Assembly: GCA_049724395.1 (NCBI GenBank)
Contig: JAUGWO010000014.1
Coordinates: 1-64,000 of the forward strand
Source of the DNA: Spongospora subterranea f. sp. subterranea
Lineage: Eukaryota
Length of the DNA stretch: 64,000 bases
Reading direction: 5' to 3'
A model generated the notes under the pieces. That model was not told the origin of the DNA. It worked only from the letters and a program-made list of their open reading frames with translations, and ran no database searches. The translations under genes and the position numbers were made by a program. Positions 51,323 through 63,894 of the stretch are shown here, one piece after another; within the stretch, counting starts at the first letter, position 1, and the number at the start of each line of letters is the position of its first letter.

Positions 51323-53647
51323 TTAAACCTCCGAGAACCCAGGCTGCTGATGAAGAGCGACAATGGCGTCATATCGGGCAATTTTTTTTGTTGGTCCGTA
51401 GCCGATGCCATTTTGAGATGTTCCGTCCCATTTGGGAAGTGAGGCTTTCACAGTAAAAATGGGGCAGTGAGGAGGTCCAGTTCTTGATTCCTCAGAGTAG
51501 AGTACCCGTTGTTGAAGACGACCGATAATTGGATCTGGCTTCAGTTGCTTCGCCAACGTGAGGAGATCGCGAGACCCACAAATCCGTTTGTGCCCCTTTT
51601 GATCTACCGCATCAGGAACATCGGAATCCGCTTCTAACTGGTTGATCTGTTGAATCGCTTCGTTCATATTGTCTTCGCGAAGCACTAACCCCTCAACGTG
51701 CATGTCTCGACGCTCACGAACCATACTCAGATATCGAGCCGACTCGTTAGAACGGATCCGTCCACGAATCTGAACGAACGAGATCATGCTATTCGGAAGA
51801 CAGGTGCAGATAACCAAACAGCATGCAGGAATATCAACTCCCTCACCGCAGACCGACGTCGACACAACTACGTTGATCACTTGGTCGCGGAACTTCGACA
51901 GAACGGTTTTCTGCTGAGCGAGTGTCATTTCCGAGATACCGACCATAGCTTCTGCCTTGATAAACGGAATCCTGGAAATGTGTTTAACCAATTCTATAGC
52001 AAGACCTCTGGTTGACACGAAAATAAGTGCCGAAAAACCTTTGGGATCGGCATCATAATGCTGCGTAACAAGTTCCTCGATTTTGTTGACAACAGAACCT
52101 TGAAAATTGGAATCAGGGACGACAGCGGAAATAAACTCCTTTGCTCCAAAGCAATTTTTGGACTTGATGGTCTCGCCGACTTTGTCCCAACTCCATTTTA
52201 GCCCAAGTTCATTCAACTCGGAGCACGCGTTATAGACCTCAACTAAATGCTCGGATAGAGGCTCGTCCTCAGGACGCAACAATTGGGTCATCGCGAAAAA
52301 AGGAGCAGACGGGAACGTTACTGACTGAAGAGGAAGCAACTGGTTGAAATATCGCTCAGCAATATCCAGAAAATATTTTCGAATCCGCTCGAGAAGTTCA
52401 TGCTCGTGTCGATTCTGCTTTACTACAACCTGAAGTAATGGCGTCCGAGGCGATTTTTTACGTAGAGCGGCCAAAGTGGCCTTACTTGGAGCGATTGGCC
52501 TGGCAATGAGCCTTTTCAGAAGCTTCTCGAGCTTCTCACTGGTCTGAAGAAGGTCAAGCTCTCCCGCTGGCGAGGCCGTCAATGCCATAATCTTGGGCCG
52601 ATGTGCACCGTACAATTTGTGGAGTAAAGAGTTGAACAAATGATTCTTAGCGCAATGGTGAGCCTCGTCCATCACCAATGCACAGATCCTACCGAAGTCC
52701 AACAAATTCTATAAACAACAAAAACGTGAAAAGATGACCAGAAAATTTGTTATGCGCAAAGATCTCGTTTTTAAAAAAAAAACATAACCATCACTGAAAA
52801 TTTGGGAGGATGGAGATGCGAAACTAACCTGTTCAACTGCATTGAGATAGGAACCGGCGGTGGCAACGATAATATCAGCGCTACGAAGCTCAGCTATATG
52901 GTTGATATTGGGTTTGGATGGAAGCATGCTGCCAACTAAGATCCTGATCGATAGATCGCCGAGTTCATTGATGAGCACGGTATATTGTTGGATCGCTAAC
53001 GCGTTGGTCTCGACAATAAATAGCGCTGAAAACAGCGGGTTTAATTGAAGCATCCGCCTGATGAACATGGCGCTGATCAGCGTCTTGCCGAAACCAGTGG
53101 GTAAGAATATCAAAGAATTATCTGGCATGGCCATGGCGCGCTGGTACATATCCACCTGATAATCGTATGGTGACGATTTGGTTAATTGAGGGACTGGAGT
53201 ACTCGTATCAACTAATGTTAAATCTTCATTAAAGGTCTGCTTGATCAGGAATGATGTGTCGCTTGGTGGCTGATCTGGTTGACAAACTTGACAACTGGCC
53301 CATTCTCGTTGCTCAACAACAGTTTTCCAACTGGAGATCGGTACGGAATTGTACGTAACTGTCGTCGCTTTCAGCAATGCACCAAAGTCACCAGAATCAA
53401 ATTGTTTGATTGCGCCAATCTTATATTTGCACGCAGCGCAACATAGGTCTCCAATTTTCGAATATGGGGCCTTCGGGGGACGTGGATTCAACAACAAGAT
53501 CGCGATGGTCTCTGGAATTTGATCATTACTGCCGTGGTCGTCATACTGATACCCAACGTGAATCCCTGAAAAGGTCTTGAACCGGCACAGCTGCGTCAAA
53601 TCGGACTCTACCATGGCAAAACATGATCGGCATTCAACCGACGGCAT
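51323..53647 (-). CDS. RIG-I/MDA5-like SF2 RNA helicase with an N-terminal Zn domain and a C-terminal dsRBD (about 734 aa; intron 52709-52828)
   Basis: PYDYQ, LPTGFGKT, DEAHH, LTASP, IFVSTR, TSVCGEGVDIPAC and QIRGRIR; dsRBD GPPHCPIFTVKA...GPTKKIARYDA; a phase-0 GT..AG intron joins the two ORFs. Confidence 0.88.
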
Positions 53648-54919
53648 GACAATACAAAACTACAGTAGCCTGGCGTAATCGATTTATGATAATTCAACAG
53701 CCGCAATCGGAATTTCAGTATCGGTCCGGCAAAATGGCGCTACTGTACGTCGCAAGTGAGACTGGGCGATGGCGCGACTGTGCGTCGCGGATGAGACTGG
53801 GCGACTGGCAGTTGCACGAGAAGCGGTATCAAAAGAAGTGCCGTAACCTCTTCAACGAACCGTTCGCTTCATCAAACGCTCTTTTTAATCTGTGGAGAAA
53901 GTGACTACTGTACCCAGTTTCCAAGACATGACCTCGTATCTCATCGGCGGCGATATTCGCTTCATTGAGCGAAGTGAATCCAATCAGGCCGTATTGCATT
54001 TGTGATATCGAGACAACGCCGCCCATCACGTATTTTGTTCTAGGCTCTTCAGTGCCTATCCTAAATATCACAGAATAACTCGAAGATAAAATTATGATTT
54101 GCCCGAAAACTACAGCATTTCATTCACCGCAATGACAACGCCTCTGGTTCCGACGTTTCCTCAACCGATGTTGGCCATCAATCAAAGTGTTTATGGATAT
54201 TTCTGAGTTAATGGCATATCCTGCGATTACTCTCGACACGTCTTCTTGACTCAAGGCGGAGAAATAGCGATATCGTATCAAGAAATGTTTTTCATTTGGC
54301 TTTGCTACTTCAAAAATCACAATTCGGGATCAAGGCACTGATTTTGAACCCGGAATGCATTTTGGTTGCCGCGATTTGATTGTCGATAAAATATAGGTTT
54401 GGATAACCGATATGTTTGGTCATGATTCGATTGTTCAGCTGCGGCTAGCCATTTTAAAGCCATTGTCAAATTTGACAATGCACACAGAACAATAGTGAGT
54501 ATAGACCTCAGAGGTGTGACATTTTTTCCCAGCGAAGTCCAACGTGGTGGTTAATAAGGGTGGCCGACACTGGGGTAATGAGTAATAACGCGGCACGGTC
54601 AATGACTTGAGGTTTCTCGAAATATCGGTGTTCGGCAAAAAACTCGCATAGAGAATGAACCCGATAATATTGGTCTATTTTCCCTTCCATGACAAAAACA
54701 CTTAACAAATTTGGTGGTATTGAGAGCATAACAGATTTGACAGGAAGGCGCAGCATCAAGTTTGGTGTTGTTCCTCGGCAAAATGAATAACTGGTTTCAA
54801 GAGCTCAAAAACAGACCGGTCACGAGATGTTGCTGCAGCAACTCAGGCAACGGTCGAAGGCACAAAAGCAGATCTTCGGTTGCGCCATACTTGGAGATGA
54901 ATAACTCATGCAAAACAGT

Positions 54920-54991
54920 AGGCCCCGCGCAGACTCGAACTGCGGTTGCAGGAATCAGAACCCTGCGTGATAACCCCTACACTACGGAGCC
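54920..54991 (-). tRNA. tRNA-Gln(CTG)
   Basis: Reverse complement of the 25886-25957 gene. Confidence 0.92.
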
Positions 54992-55002
54992 TTGTAACTG
55001 AA

Positions 55003-56560
55003 TGTTACCAGAAAATGCTCTAACATTTTCACACCGACGTTACTTAACACAGACAGCACTGTACACTCTATGATTCTCTGAGCGGGAAATCTTTATGTCC
55101 GCCAGTATGGTAGTACAGTACAGTGCACCCAACTGGCGGACAGAATCCTTTCCATCCGCCAGTCTCGTCACATAGTGTAGGTACTGCTGGCGGACAGAAT
55201 CCAGTCTGTCCGCCGGCGGACAGAAAGATTTCCCGTTCTCTGAGGGTATTAGGTCGGTTCGCCATCGACCTTCTTGAAAGGTTAAGAGTTCCAACTCTCG
55301 CAGCTAAGGATCAAGTGAACCATGCCCGACGAGGAAAGGACCGCACGACGCGTCCAACGGACAGAAGCCAATGATGCTCAAGAAGAGCATGGACACGTAG
55401 AAAGTGTTCATCTTCTGAAGACAGAAGTAAACCTTCAACCGTACGCAACGGTTTGAACCTCATACCCGAGTTCAACGGTAAGAACTGGGAAATTTTCAAG
55501 AGGAAACTGGATCACAGTTTATCCGCATGGGCATCGAAACTTACCTCGAATTTTTACCAGGCACATCAACGGCCAAAATAAGAAACGACCGAATCGCTTA
55601 CGCAGAAGTTACTATGAGACTTTCTCAACTTGCATACAAGCAAATTGCATCATGCCGCTATACCAAGGACGTGTGGGCAAAATCGTGTGAAATCTATAAC
55701 GAGAAGAAAGATGCTGAAGCTTCAACAAAATTCATAAAGTTCATCGAGGACAAGAAAAGTTCCACCGAGACAGTCAAGATCTACCTACTGTAGACCGCTT
55801 GATTGAGACGTATTATGATCTCGTCACGCTAGGCATAAACATGGGCGAAACAGCCCTATGCGCGAAGGCCCTGCACGGCCAATCACAAGATTATGAAGCC
55901 AAAGCGGCAGCTCGAGCTTCAGAGATCAAGACGATCGCGAAGCTGACGAATCATCGCGACAGAACGGGAGAAGATTGGCAACAAGCCAAAACGTGCAGAC
56001 ACCGAAGTTTGAAGCCGACGTTGCGGTAGAAAACACATGGACAAAGAAAGAAGAAGCATTGCACAAAGTGTTCACAGGACGGCCACGACAATCGTGAATG
56101 CTGGCGCCTGCATCCTGAATTGAAGCCAGACTGGCTAAAAGAGAAGGAGAAGAACCACACCAAATCATCGGCGGGTTTGAATTCAAGGGATACCGCGTTG
56201 TAACGTTCAACAACGCTAGTGCTGTAGATGGATATCTCATTGATAGTGGAGCAGATGTTTCCATCACGAAGGACCGAGCAATTCTCCAGAGTTATCAAAG
56301 CATGTCCAAACCGGTCTTTATACAGGCATGCAATGGCCAGGTATCCAAGGCAGCGGGGAAAGGTACATTGATACTATCAACAGAGCCGCTAATCACTCTG
56401 CCAAATGTCCTGCACGTGCCAAGCGCGACAAACACGCTGATTCTGGCACATACCCTTACGAAACTAGGCCTGACCATCGTCATCAAAGACACTATGCACA
56501 TCGCGACTGTAGATGGAGAGACCATCTTGACGGCGAAGATGAAGAACGGTCTGTGTGTCA
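55003..56560 (+). mobile_element. Degenerate copia 5' half (LTR, PBS, gag, protease) of a related family
   Basis: PBS-like GGTTAAGAGTTCCA at 55280; NGLNLIPEFNGKNWEIFKRKL, AAARASEI, YLIDSGADVSIT and LPNVLHVP align with copies 1 and 2; contains stops and frameshifts. Confidence 0.85.
55083..55235. mobile_element. 153-bp Mutator-like MITE inserted in the LTR
   Basis: 21-bp TIRs CGGGAAATCTTT(A/C)TGTCCGCC and a 9-bp TSD TTCTCTGAG at 55074-55082 and 55236-55244. Confidence 0.85.
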
Positions 56561-58340
56561 TGATCCGAAAGTCTTAGGTATATCAGGACCCGAGAATGAT
56601 GGCCTTGAGCCTTCAGAGTACCTTTTGGGTCAATTGGTAGCTGTCGGGCGACTTACACGTGGAGGTAGGTTATGAGGAGTCACAATTGAATCGCCAGCTT
56701 CGCCACAGTATAAGCATAAATTTTCGCGACAAACCCGTTCGAGACGTGTTCGGACGCGAAAGCCAACGCGCCATTAGTGCTCCCCGCGCTGCTCTCACGG
56801 TAGAAGAGAAGGACCGACGCCGTCGCGAGAATGTATGCTTATACTGTAGCGAAGCTGGCCATTCAATTGCGACTCATAACCTAACGTCACCGAACCATTT
56901 AAGGTCCATGATGGCTTTTTGTACAGACAACAGGAACTCGTAGTACCCACAGAAGCTGCACAACTCAAGATACTCGCACAGATCCACGACGGGCCATTAG
57001 GAGGTCACCTGGGTAGGCGGAAAACGCTTCAAGCATTTCAACGACATTTTTGGTGGTCCGGAGTGACCGATTTCGTTCGACGTTATGTCCAATCGTGTGT
57101 AATCGCTGTCAGCGAACCAAACTGCAGCGCAAGTCCCCACAAGGACTCTTAAGACCAAATCCAACGATTTTGACTCAATTCTCGTCGTGGTTGATCGATT
57201 GTCAAAAATGGCGCATTTTATCCCCTGCAAAGAATCAATCACATCTTCACAACTAGCTGAATTGATGCTACGGCAAGTGTTCCGGCTTCATGGACTTCCG
57301 GACGACGTTGTATCAGACCGCGACCCGCAGATGGTTGCAGGATTTTGGAATCGTCTTCTCCAACGGCTACAGATCTCAGGGAAACTGTCTACGTCAAGAC
57401 ATCCACAGACCAACGGACAGACAGAACTGGGTAATCAGGTGGTAGAGCATTAATTGAGGACGTTCACCTCCTATTAGCAAGATGACTGGGAAGATTGGCT
57501 GGCGCTAGCAGAATTTCAGTACAACAACACAGAGCATTCATCGACTCAAGTCTCCCCGTTCTTCGCTAATTATGGGTTCCATCCCCGCACAATCGATGTT
57601 CCGTCATTCCGCCGATCACAGCTCAATCCCTCTGCTGACGAAAGGGCGAATCACCTTCGAAGCATTCGTTTATTTTTACGACGACAACTCGAACAGGCCG
57701 TGAAATCGATGAAATAATACGCCGATAAAAACGATTCGATGTTCCCGCATATTCACTTAGCGAAGTTGGTTATGGTGAAGAGAACCGATTGGAATACAAC
57801 ACGACCATTCCCAAAACTCGAAGATCGATTCGCAGGCCCCTTCCCAATCATAGAAATCGTTAACGAGTTGACATACTCGGTGAAGCTACCAACAACCTGG
57901 CGGGTTCATAACACTTTCCATGTGTCCCAGCTTGAACCATATCACGCGAACGACATCACGAAACGAGAACAGGTCTGTCCACCAGAACCCGTATTCCTCC
58001 CAGAAGAATCCTCGCAGCCACTGTTTATCGTCCGAAACGTACTGGATTCGAGAATCTTATAGGAATCAACTATCGACTGGGAAGGCTATCCACCATCAGA
58101 GCGGTCATGGAAACCGGCGCGAGGACTCGCCGATAACTCTCCCGCTCTTCGTTAAGCAATCAGTCAATTCCATAGCCGATATCCCGACAAACCGAATGTA
58201 CAGTGACCCACATCAGACGATCTCATTCCCTGAAGACGAGTTACCAGAAGGGAATCAGATCGTATTATTAGTCGCCAATGCACACATCCTTAGTCTATTT
58301 CCTCCGTTTAGTCTCCTTCCTCCGTCCTTATCCTAACATG
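56560..58340 (+). mobile_element. Degenerate Ty3/gypsy chromovirus remnant (gag knuckle, integrase, chromodomain); boundaries approximate
   Basis: RRRENVCLYCSEAGH; HDGPLGGHLGRRKT; VVDRLSKMAHFIPC; VSDRDPQ; HPQTNGQTE; GPF; FIVRNVLDSR...DWEGYPPSERSW. Confidence 0.85.
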
Positions 58341-58420
58341 AAACCGCCAGCTACGCAACAAGAAGGTTGATGAGTCCTTCAATCCGAAACATGATAATTG
58401 AAGTTGTCGGCCAGTTATTG

Positions 58421-58582
58421 TCGCCGCTCAATACCACGAAATTGTGGCGTGGCCTCAACTCGGGCGATTTGATGTTCAGGTTCGGGAAGGGCCAACGTCT
58501 CGATTATTTTCTATCGATGCGGTGTTCTCATATTTCCGAACATCCCACCCTAAGGCGTTAGCCCTATCGTGTGATGTCTGCC
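58421..58582. repeat. Inverted copy of 404-565
   Basis: Direct sequence comparison. Confidence 0.85.
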
Positions 58583-59139
58583 AAGAAAGTGCTAATCGGT
58601 TTGGAGAAGGTTTTGAAGGATATGATTGCATTAGGGGATTTCAAGATTGTTAAATCTAAGAAATCGACTTGGGTAGTTGAGAAGTTCCAAGTTAGACGGA
58701 TATCAGGAATGTGAGTACGTAGTTACAGTGGTATTCAGAACGTAGATGGACATCGAGAAAGATGCTGATAATAGTAGACCCCGGATGTGTGGAATGGGGA
58801 GGAGATATTGAAAAGTGCTAATCGGTTTGGAGAAGGTTTTGAAGGATATGATTCCATTATTGACCGTGATTGGGAAACCGCAATGGTGACCACTGGTCTC
58901 GATCCTCAAAGCTCTGGAAGTGGGGCCCACCTCAGACGAAGCTGATCTAACCTGGTCTGATGCGCATGACGCCAGCTAAGTAATTATGGTTGCAAATAAG
59001 TTCGCACATCTTCCTTGATGTAGTAGAAGTTTTCTTTCAATAATGTTGTAAAGGAGTTCTAAGTTCATGTTAGTTATGCACACAGTGCAGTCTCGCAAAC
59101 ATTTCTCCCCTTCGTCTAAAACGGGAAAGCCCACGCTAA

Positions 59140-60600
59140 ATTAAGCAGTGACCATCTGCCAACAATGATCAAAACTACCATTCCAACAAGGCGACAAAAA
59201 CACACAAACACGCTGAGAGTGCCCTTCAAACATAATAGATAATGAGAAAACCATGAACATGATCATAGCGCAAAACACAACCATGAACCGTGATCAACTG
59301 ACTTCAACAAATATTCAGAATGCTATAACAGGGTCGATCCACCACAAAATTATTGGTCGCAACGCATGTCCCTTATGAAACGATGAACTGAGAATCGCTT
59401 ACAGGAGAAAGAACCGCGCCAAAACAAAATGGCAACAATCAATGGTACAACAGCACAGAGCTGACCGTATCGAGAAAAGGAAACGAAAATTGCAGAACCT
59501 CGACACACACTTCAAACACATGTTTGAGAAACACAGACGCAAACACTTACTTGAGCTGGCAAAAGAAGCCAGTAAGGACAATACGGGAACAGCAACGTGG
59601 AAGATGCTGAAAACCCTGGTTCCGCAAACAAACAAAAAGCATCGTACCTTCGCAACTCGTACCAAGAATGCAGTTGAAGAAGCAAATCTGATCGCCGAAA
59701 ATTTCAGCGTCATTTAAAATCAACTCGAGCTTGAGCTATCCAATGATGAGCGAAAACAATACAACGAATCATGCATAGACCAAAAACGGAGAAGGGCTTG
59801 TAGCCATCGACCACCTATCACATAAAGAGAGCTGGACAGAGCAGCGACAAAGGCAAAAAGAAGAGCAGCTCCTGGAATAGATGGGATCTCTTCAAAACTC
59901 CTAAAACAAATATGTGCATTCCCATATTGGATGACATATTAGCAGACAGCATCAGACAAGCGATTAACAATGAAATCATTGTGAAAGGGTCATTCCCAGA
60001 TATATTGAAGATGGTAAAAATTATCCCGTTACCGAAATCAAAACCTGGTGATTACCGCCCGAAAATCACATATCCCTATTGACTTCTTTGGCAAAAAAAG
60101 TTGAGAGCATCATTGAACATCGACTACGCCAGCAATCAGAAAAGCACATTCCGAAGAATTATTCAAAATGCGGCGAATTTTGAGATCGAAATAGAGCATG
60201 GACCATATCTGTAATCCTTAAAGCTTCAATTTAAGAAATCCGAAGGAGGTCAATCAAAACAGTAACTGAAGGCGAACGTCAAACGCAGTCACTTCCCAAA
60301 CTACCCAGATAGAGATCCGTTTCGCAAACTACCAGGTGAAACGACGCCACACATGCTCATTAACAGAGTGCGAACTGGACATAGCAGATGCATTGACAAC
60401 ACCTCAGCAACATTGGAATGGAAGACACGAACAAGTGCAGGCACTGCGACAAACATCCCGAAACAATCGAACAGCAAGTATTACAATGCGAAATATTCAA
60501 AAGCCTGCTCAAGAAATGCTGACGACTCTACAGGACGCTCCCGGTAACTACGATCAACACAGCAATTTCGAGCCATGAGAAGGCCATGACAAAATCTTGC
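59140..60600 (+). mobile_element. Degenerate non-LTR (LINE) ORF2 remnant
   Basis: APE endonuclease end SSDHLP; AAPGIDGISSKLLK; FPDILKMVKIIPLPKSKPGDYRP; C-terminal INRVRTGH; many stops. Confidence 0.8.
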
Positions 60601-61107
60601 GCAAAGCTGAAAAAGCAGACTGGTTTATCTAGATACGATTGGTCTTTGTTGGGTCTGACCACATGGCCATAATGAATGTGGGAGAGTGAGCTGCCTGGCA
60701 ATGGATAGGCAGTGTAATCGGGTGGGGGCAGGTCCCATTCGGTGTGGTCATTAGGAAAGGTTATGGGGGTGAATACAGCTGGTCTTATAGGTTCCTTCAG
60801 TGGATACCCAATCTACTTGTAGCGGCCAGGGGGAAGTAGGGAATACCTGGGAGTACACAGGATTACACGACCCATAAGGGCGATTGTATCGAGTTGATGA
60901 GTAGTCCCTGATCTGGCAATGATCCTGTTAATATTGTGTATATCGCAACATGTGAGATCCTCTCATGATCCACAATTGCACTGCTATCCCAATATCATCT
61001 ATCAACACGAGCATGGTGAATAAACCAGTTCGGCTGAAAAGTCGACAAAAACCGCCTGAAATCTGTCTAAAGGAGCAGCAAATGCAGTGACCCCCAAGTT
61101 TATCAAT

Positions 61108-62457
61108 TCATTGCTGTAAAAATTCGACGATCTTCGCGACATCTGAGGAGTCGCTCACTTCCTTCATCTGCATTGCCACCTCCAGTGCTGTCTGTCCATT
61201 AGCCACGATGGTGCGGCTGGCGCCTTTTTCCAATATATATTGAACTCTCCAGACTCTACAAGCAGTCCGATTAGCACAAAGAGGTTGATCAGCGACGATT
61301 TGACAAACTGGGTTTTTGAAACTGCCACATGGAGAGCAGTTTCCCCATTATGGTTTTGAATGTTGACGATTTTAAGACACGACGGATGGAATGATTTATG
61401 GATCTTCCTGTGAGATCAATTCAGCGATGATGTTTTAGATGTACGTGATGATAGTTGACATAATTAAACGAATCAACGATGCGCCAAAACTCCCATATTG
61501 TTCCATGATCTCAACCTGCCTCAAAGAACGCATTCCTCCCGCTTCGATTATATGGAAAATAGTCGAAACAAATCTGTGAGGTATTTATCAGATGAGCGCT
61601 TCAATATAAACAGATGATAGCAGAATACAGGTTATGTGATATTGCCAGGTGCAGTGCAGTATTCCCATTCTTGTCAGCAAAAAGGGGATCGGCGCCTTGA
61701 TTCAAAAGCTTCGTGACAATGCGATTTACGGCCAACCGATTACACTAAAGAGCCATATGGAGAATAGTGTTCCCATCACTGTTCACGTGGCTGATATCAC
61801 AGTTTTTAATGATTAAGAGGATGAGTTCGTCCGACCTGTGAACACATCAGTGAATATTTGAGTTTGTGGTGAGATTAGGGCGACGTACAGGTCAGATGGA
61901 ATATCGGTTAGAAACGGTGTGCTCAAATCATGTATCTCGATCAGACTCTTTGAGATATTAACATGTTATAGCAGTATACAGCGCCATCTCTATCGCCAGG
62001 TGCAGTGCTGTATTCCCATCATTATCCGCTATTGTGGGATCGACATCTCTGTCCAATACCCCCTTAACTATCCAATTCCTACCAAATCAGTGTGATTGAT
62101 CGGAGCTAATCAGTGTCAAACACAATTACGACCAACCGACGACTCTTAACAGCACAATGGAGAAGAGTGGAGCCATCACAGTACTGGTGGTTTACATCAA
62201 TATTTTGATCATGGTCAATATGGATTGACTCAAGGTCAGGATGGTTTCGCTTGTGGTTTGAAAATCTGGTGAGAGATTGGCGAAACGCAGTTGATCCTGC
62301 ATAGCCCAGCGAAATGGGATCCACTTTTCATCATCCGGTATTGTGGGATCAGCGCCATTCTCCAACAGAGTTTGAGCGATAACAACTCTGGAGATAAACC
62401 AATATTGAATGTGCTCATCAGACCAAGAGAGTAAATTTTTACCAACCGGTTAAACAT
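61108..62457 (-). CDS. Ankyrin-repeat protein, multi-exon (start uncertain)
   Basis: DGSTLLHCAV, DGNTALHLAI, DGNTILHMAL, NGNTALHLA, NGETALHVAV and NGQTALEVA repeats separated by short introns. Confidence 0.8.
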
Positions 62458-62612
62458 ACTCCTGCTACCGCGAGAGCAGTGCGTGTTAGGGGACGAGGAC
62501 GGAGTAGGAAAGAGTCGAAGGCTGTGTGTATTAGCGACTAATAATTCGATCTGATTCCTTTGTGGTAACTTGTCTTGAGGGAATCAGATCGTCTAATGTG
62601 TGTCACTGTACA

Positions 62613-63894
62613 GACACTACCTATAGTGGGGTCCTGACATGTGGGGCCCTGACACTACCTATAGTGGGGTCCTGACATGTGGGGCCCTGACATGTGAGGC
62701 CCTGACACTACCTATTGTGGGGTCCTGACATGTGGGGTCCTGACATGTGGGGCCCTGACACTACCTATTGTGGGGTCCTGACATGTGGGGTCCTGACATG
62801 TGGGGCCCTGACACTACCTATTGTGGGGTCCTGACATGTGGGGTCCTGACATGTGGGGCCCTGACACTACCTATTGTGGGGTCCTGACATGTGGGGTCCT
62901 GACATGTGGGGCCCTGACACTACCTATTGTGGGGTCCTGACATGTGGGGCCCTGACACTACCTATTGTGGGGTCCTGACATGTGGGGCCCTGACACTACC
63001 TATTGTGGGGTCCTGACATGTGGGGTCCTGACATGTGGGGCCCTGACACTACCTATTGTGGGGTCCTGACATGTGGGGCCCTGACACTACCTATAGTGGG
63101 GTCCTGACATGTGGGGCCCTGACATGTGAGGCCCTGACACTACCTATTGTGGGGTCCTGACATGTGGGGTCCTGACATGTGGGGCCCTGACACTACCTAT
63201 TGTGGGGTCCTGACATGTGGGGTCCTGACATGTGGGGCCCTGACACTACCTATTGTGGGGTCCTGACATGTGGGGTCCTGACATGTGGGGCCCTGACACT
63301 ACCTATTGTGGGGTCCTGACATGTGGGGTCCTGACATGTGGGGCCCTGACACTACCTATTGTGGGGTCCTGACATGTGGGGCCCTGACACTACCTATAGT
63401 GGGGTCCTGACATGTGGGGCCCTGACACTACCTATAGTGGGGTCCTGACATGTGGGGCCCTGACACTACCTATAGTGGGGTCCTGACATGTGGGGCCCTG
63501 ACACTACCTATAGTGGGGTCCTGACATGTGGGGCCCTGACACTACCTATAGTGGGGTCCTGACATGTGGGGCCCTGACACTACCTATTGTGGGGTCCTGA
63601 CATGTGGGCCCTGACACTACCTATAGTGGGGTCCTGACATGTGGGGCCCTGACACTACCTATAGTGGGGTCCTGACATGTGGGGCCCTGACACTACCTAT
63701 TGTGGGGTCCTGACATGTGGGGCCCTGACACTACCTATAGTGGGGTCCTGACATGTGGGGCCCTGACACTACCTATTGTGGGGTCCTGACATGTGGGGCC
63801 CTGACACTACCTATAGTGGGGTCCTGACATGTGGGGCCCTGACACTACCTATTGTGGGGTCCTGACATGTGGGGCCCTTACACTACCTATTGTG
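62613..63894. repeat. About 1.28-kb G-rich satellite: a 38-bp unit plus an optional 15-bp subunit
   Basis: GACACTACCTAT(A/T)GTGGGGTCCTGACATGTGGGGCCCT units, with extra GACATGTGGGGTCCT in some. Confidence 0.95.

Noticed and set aside
51323..53647. Dicer
   Set aside because: No PAZ or RNase III domains; the ORF ends after the dsRBD.
53700..54900. Cys-rich gene upstream of the helicase as a partner
   Set aside because: Only short broken ORFs; no support for an intact gene or a functional link.
62613..63894. CRISPR-like array
   Set aside because: No unique spacers, no cas genes and a eukaryotic context; it is a tandem satellite.
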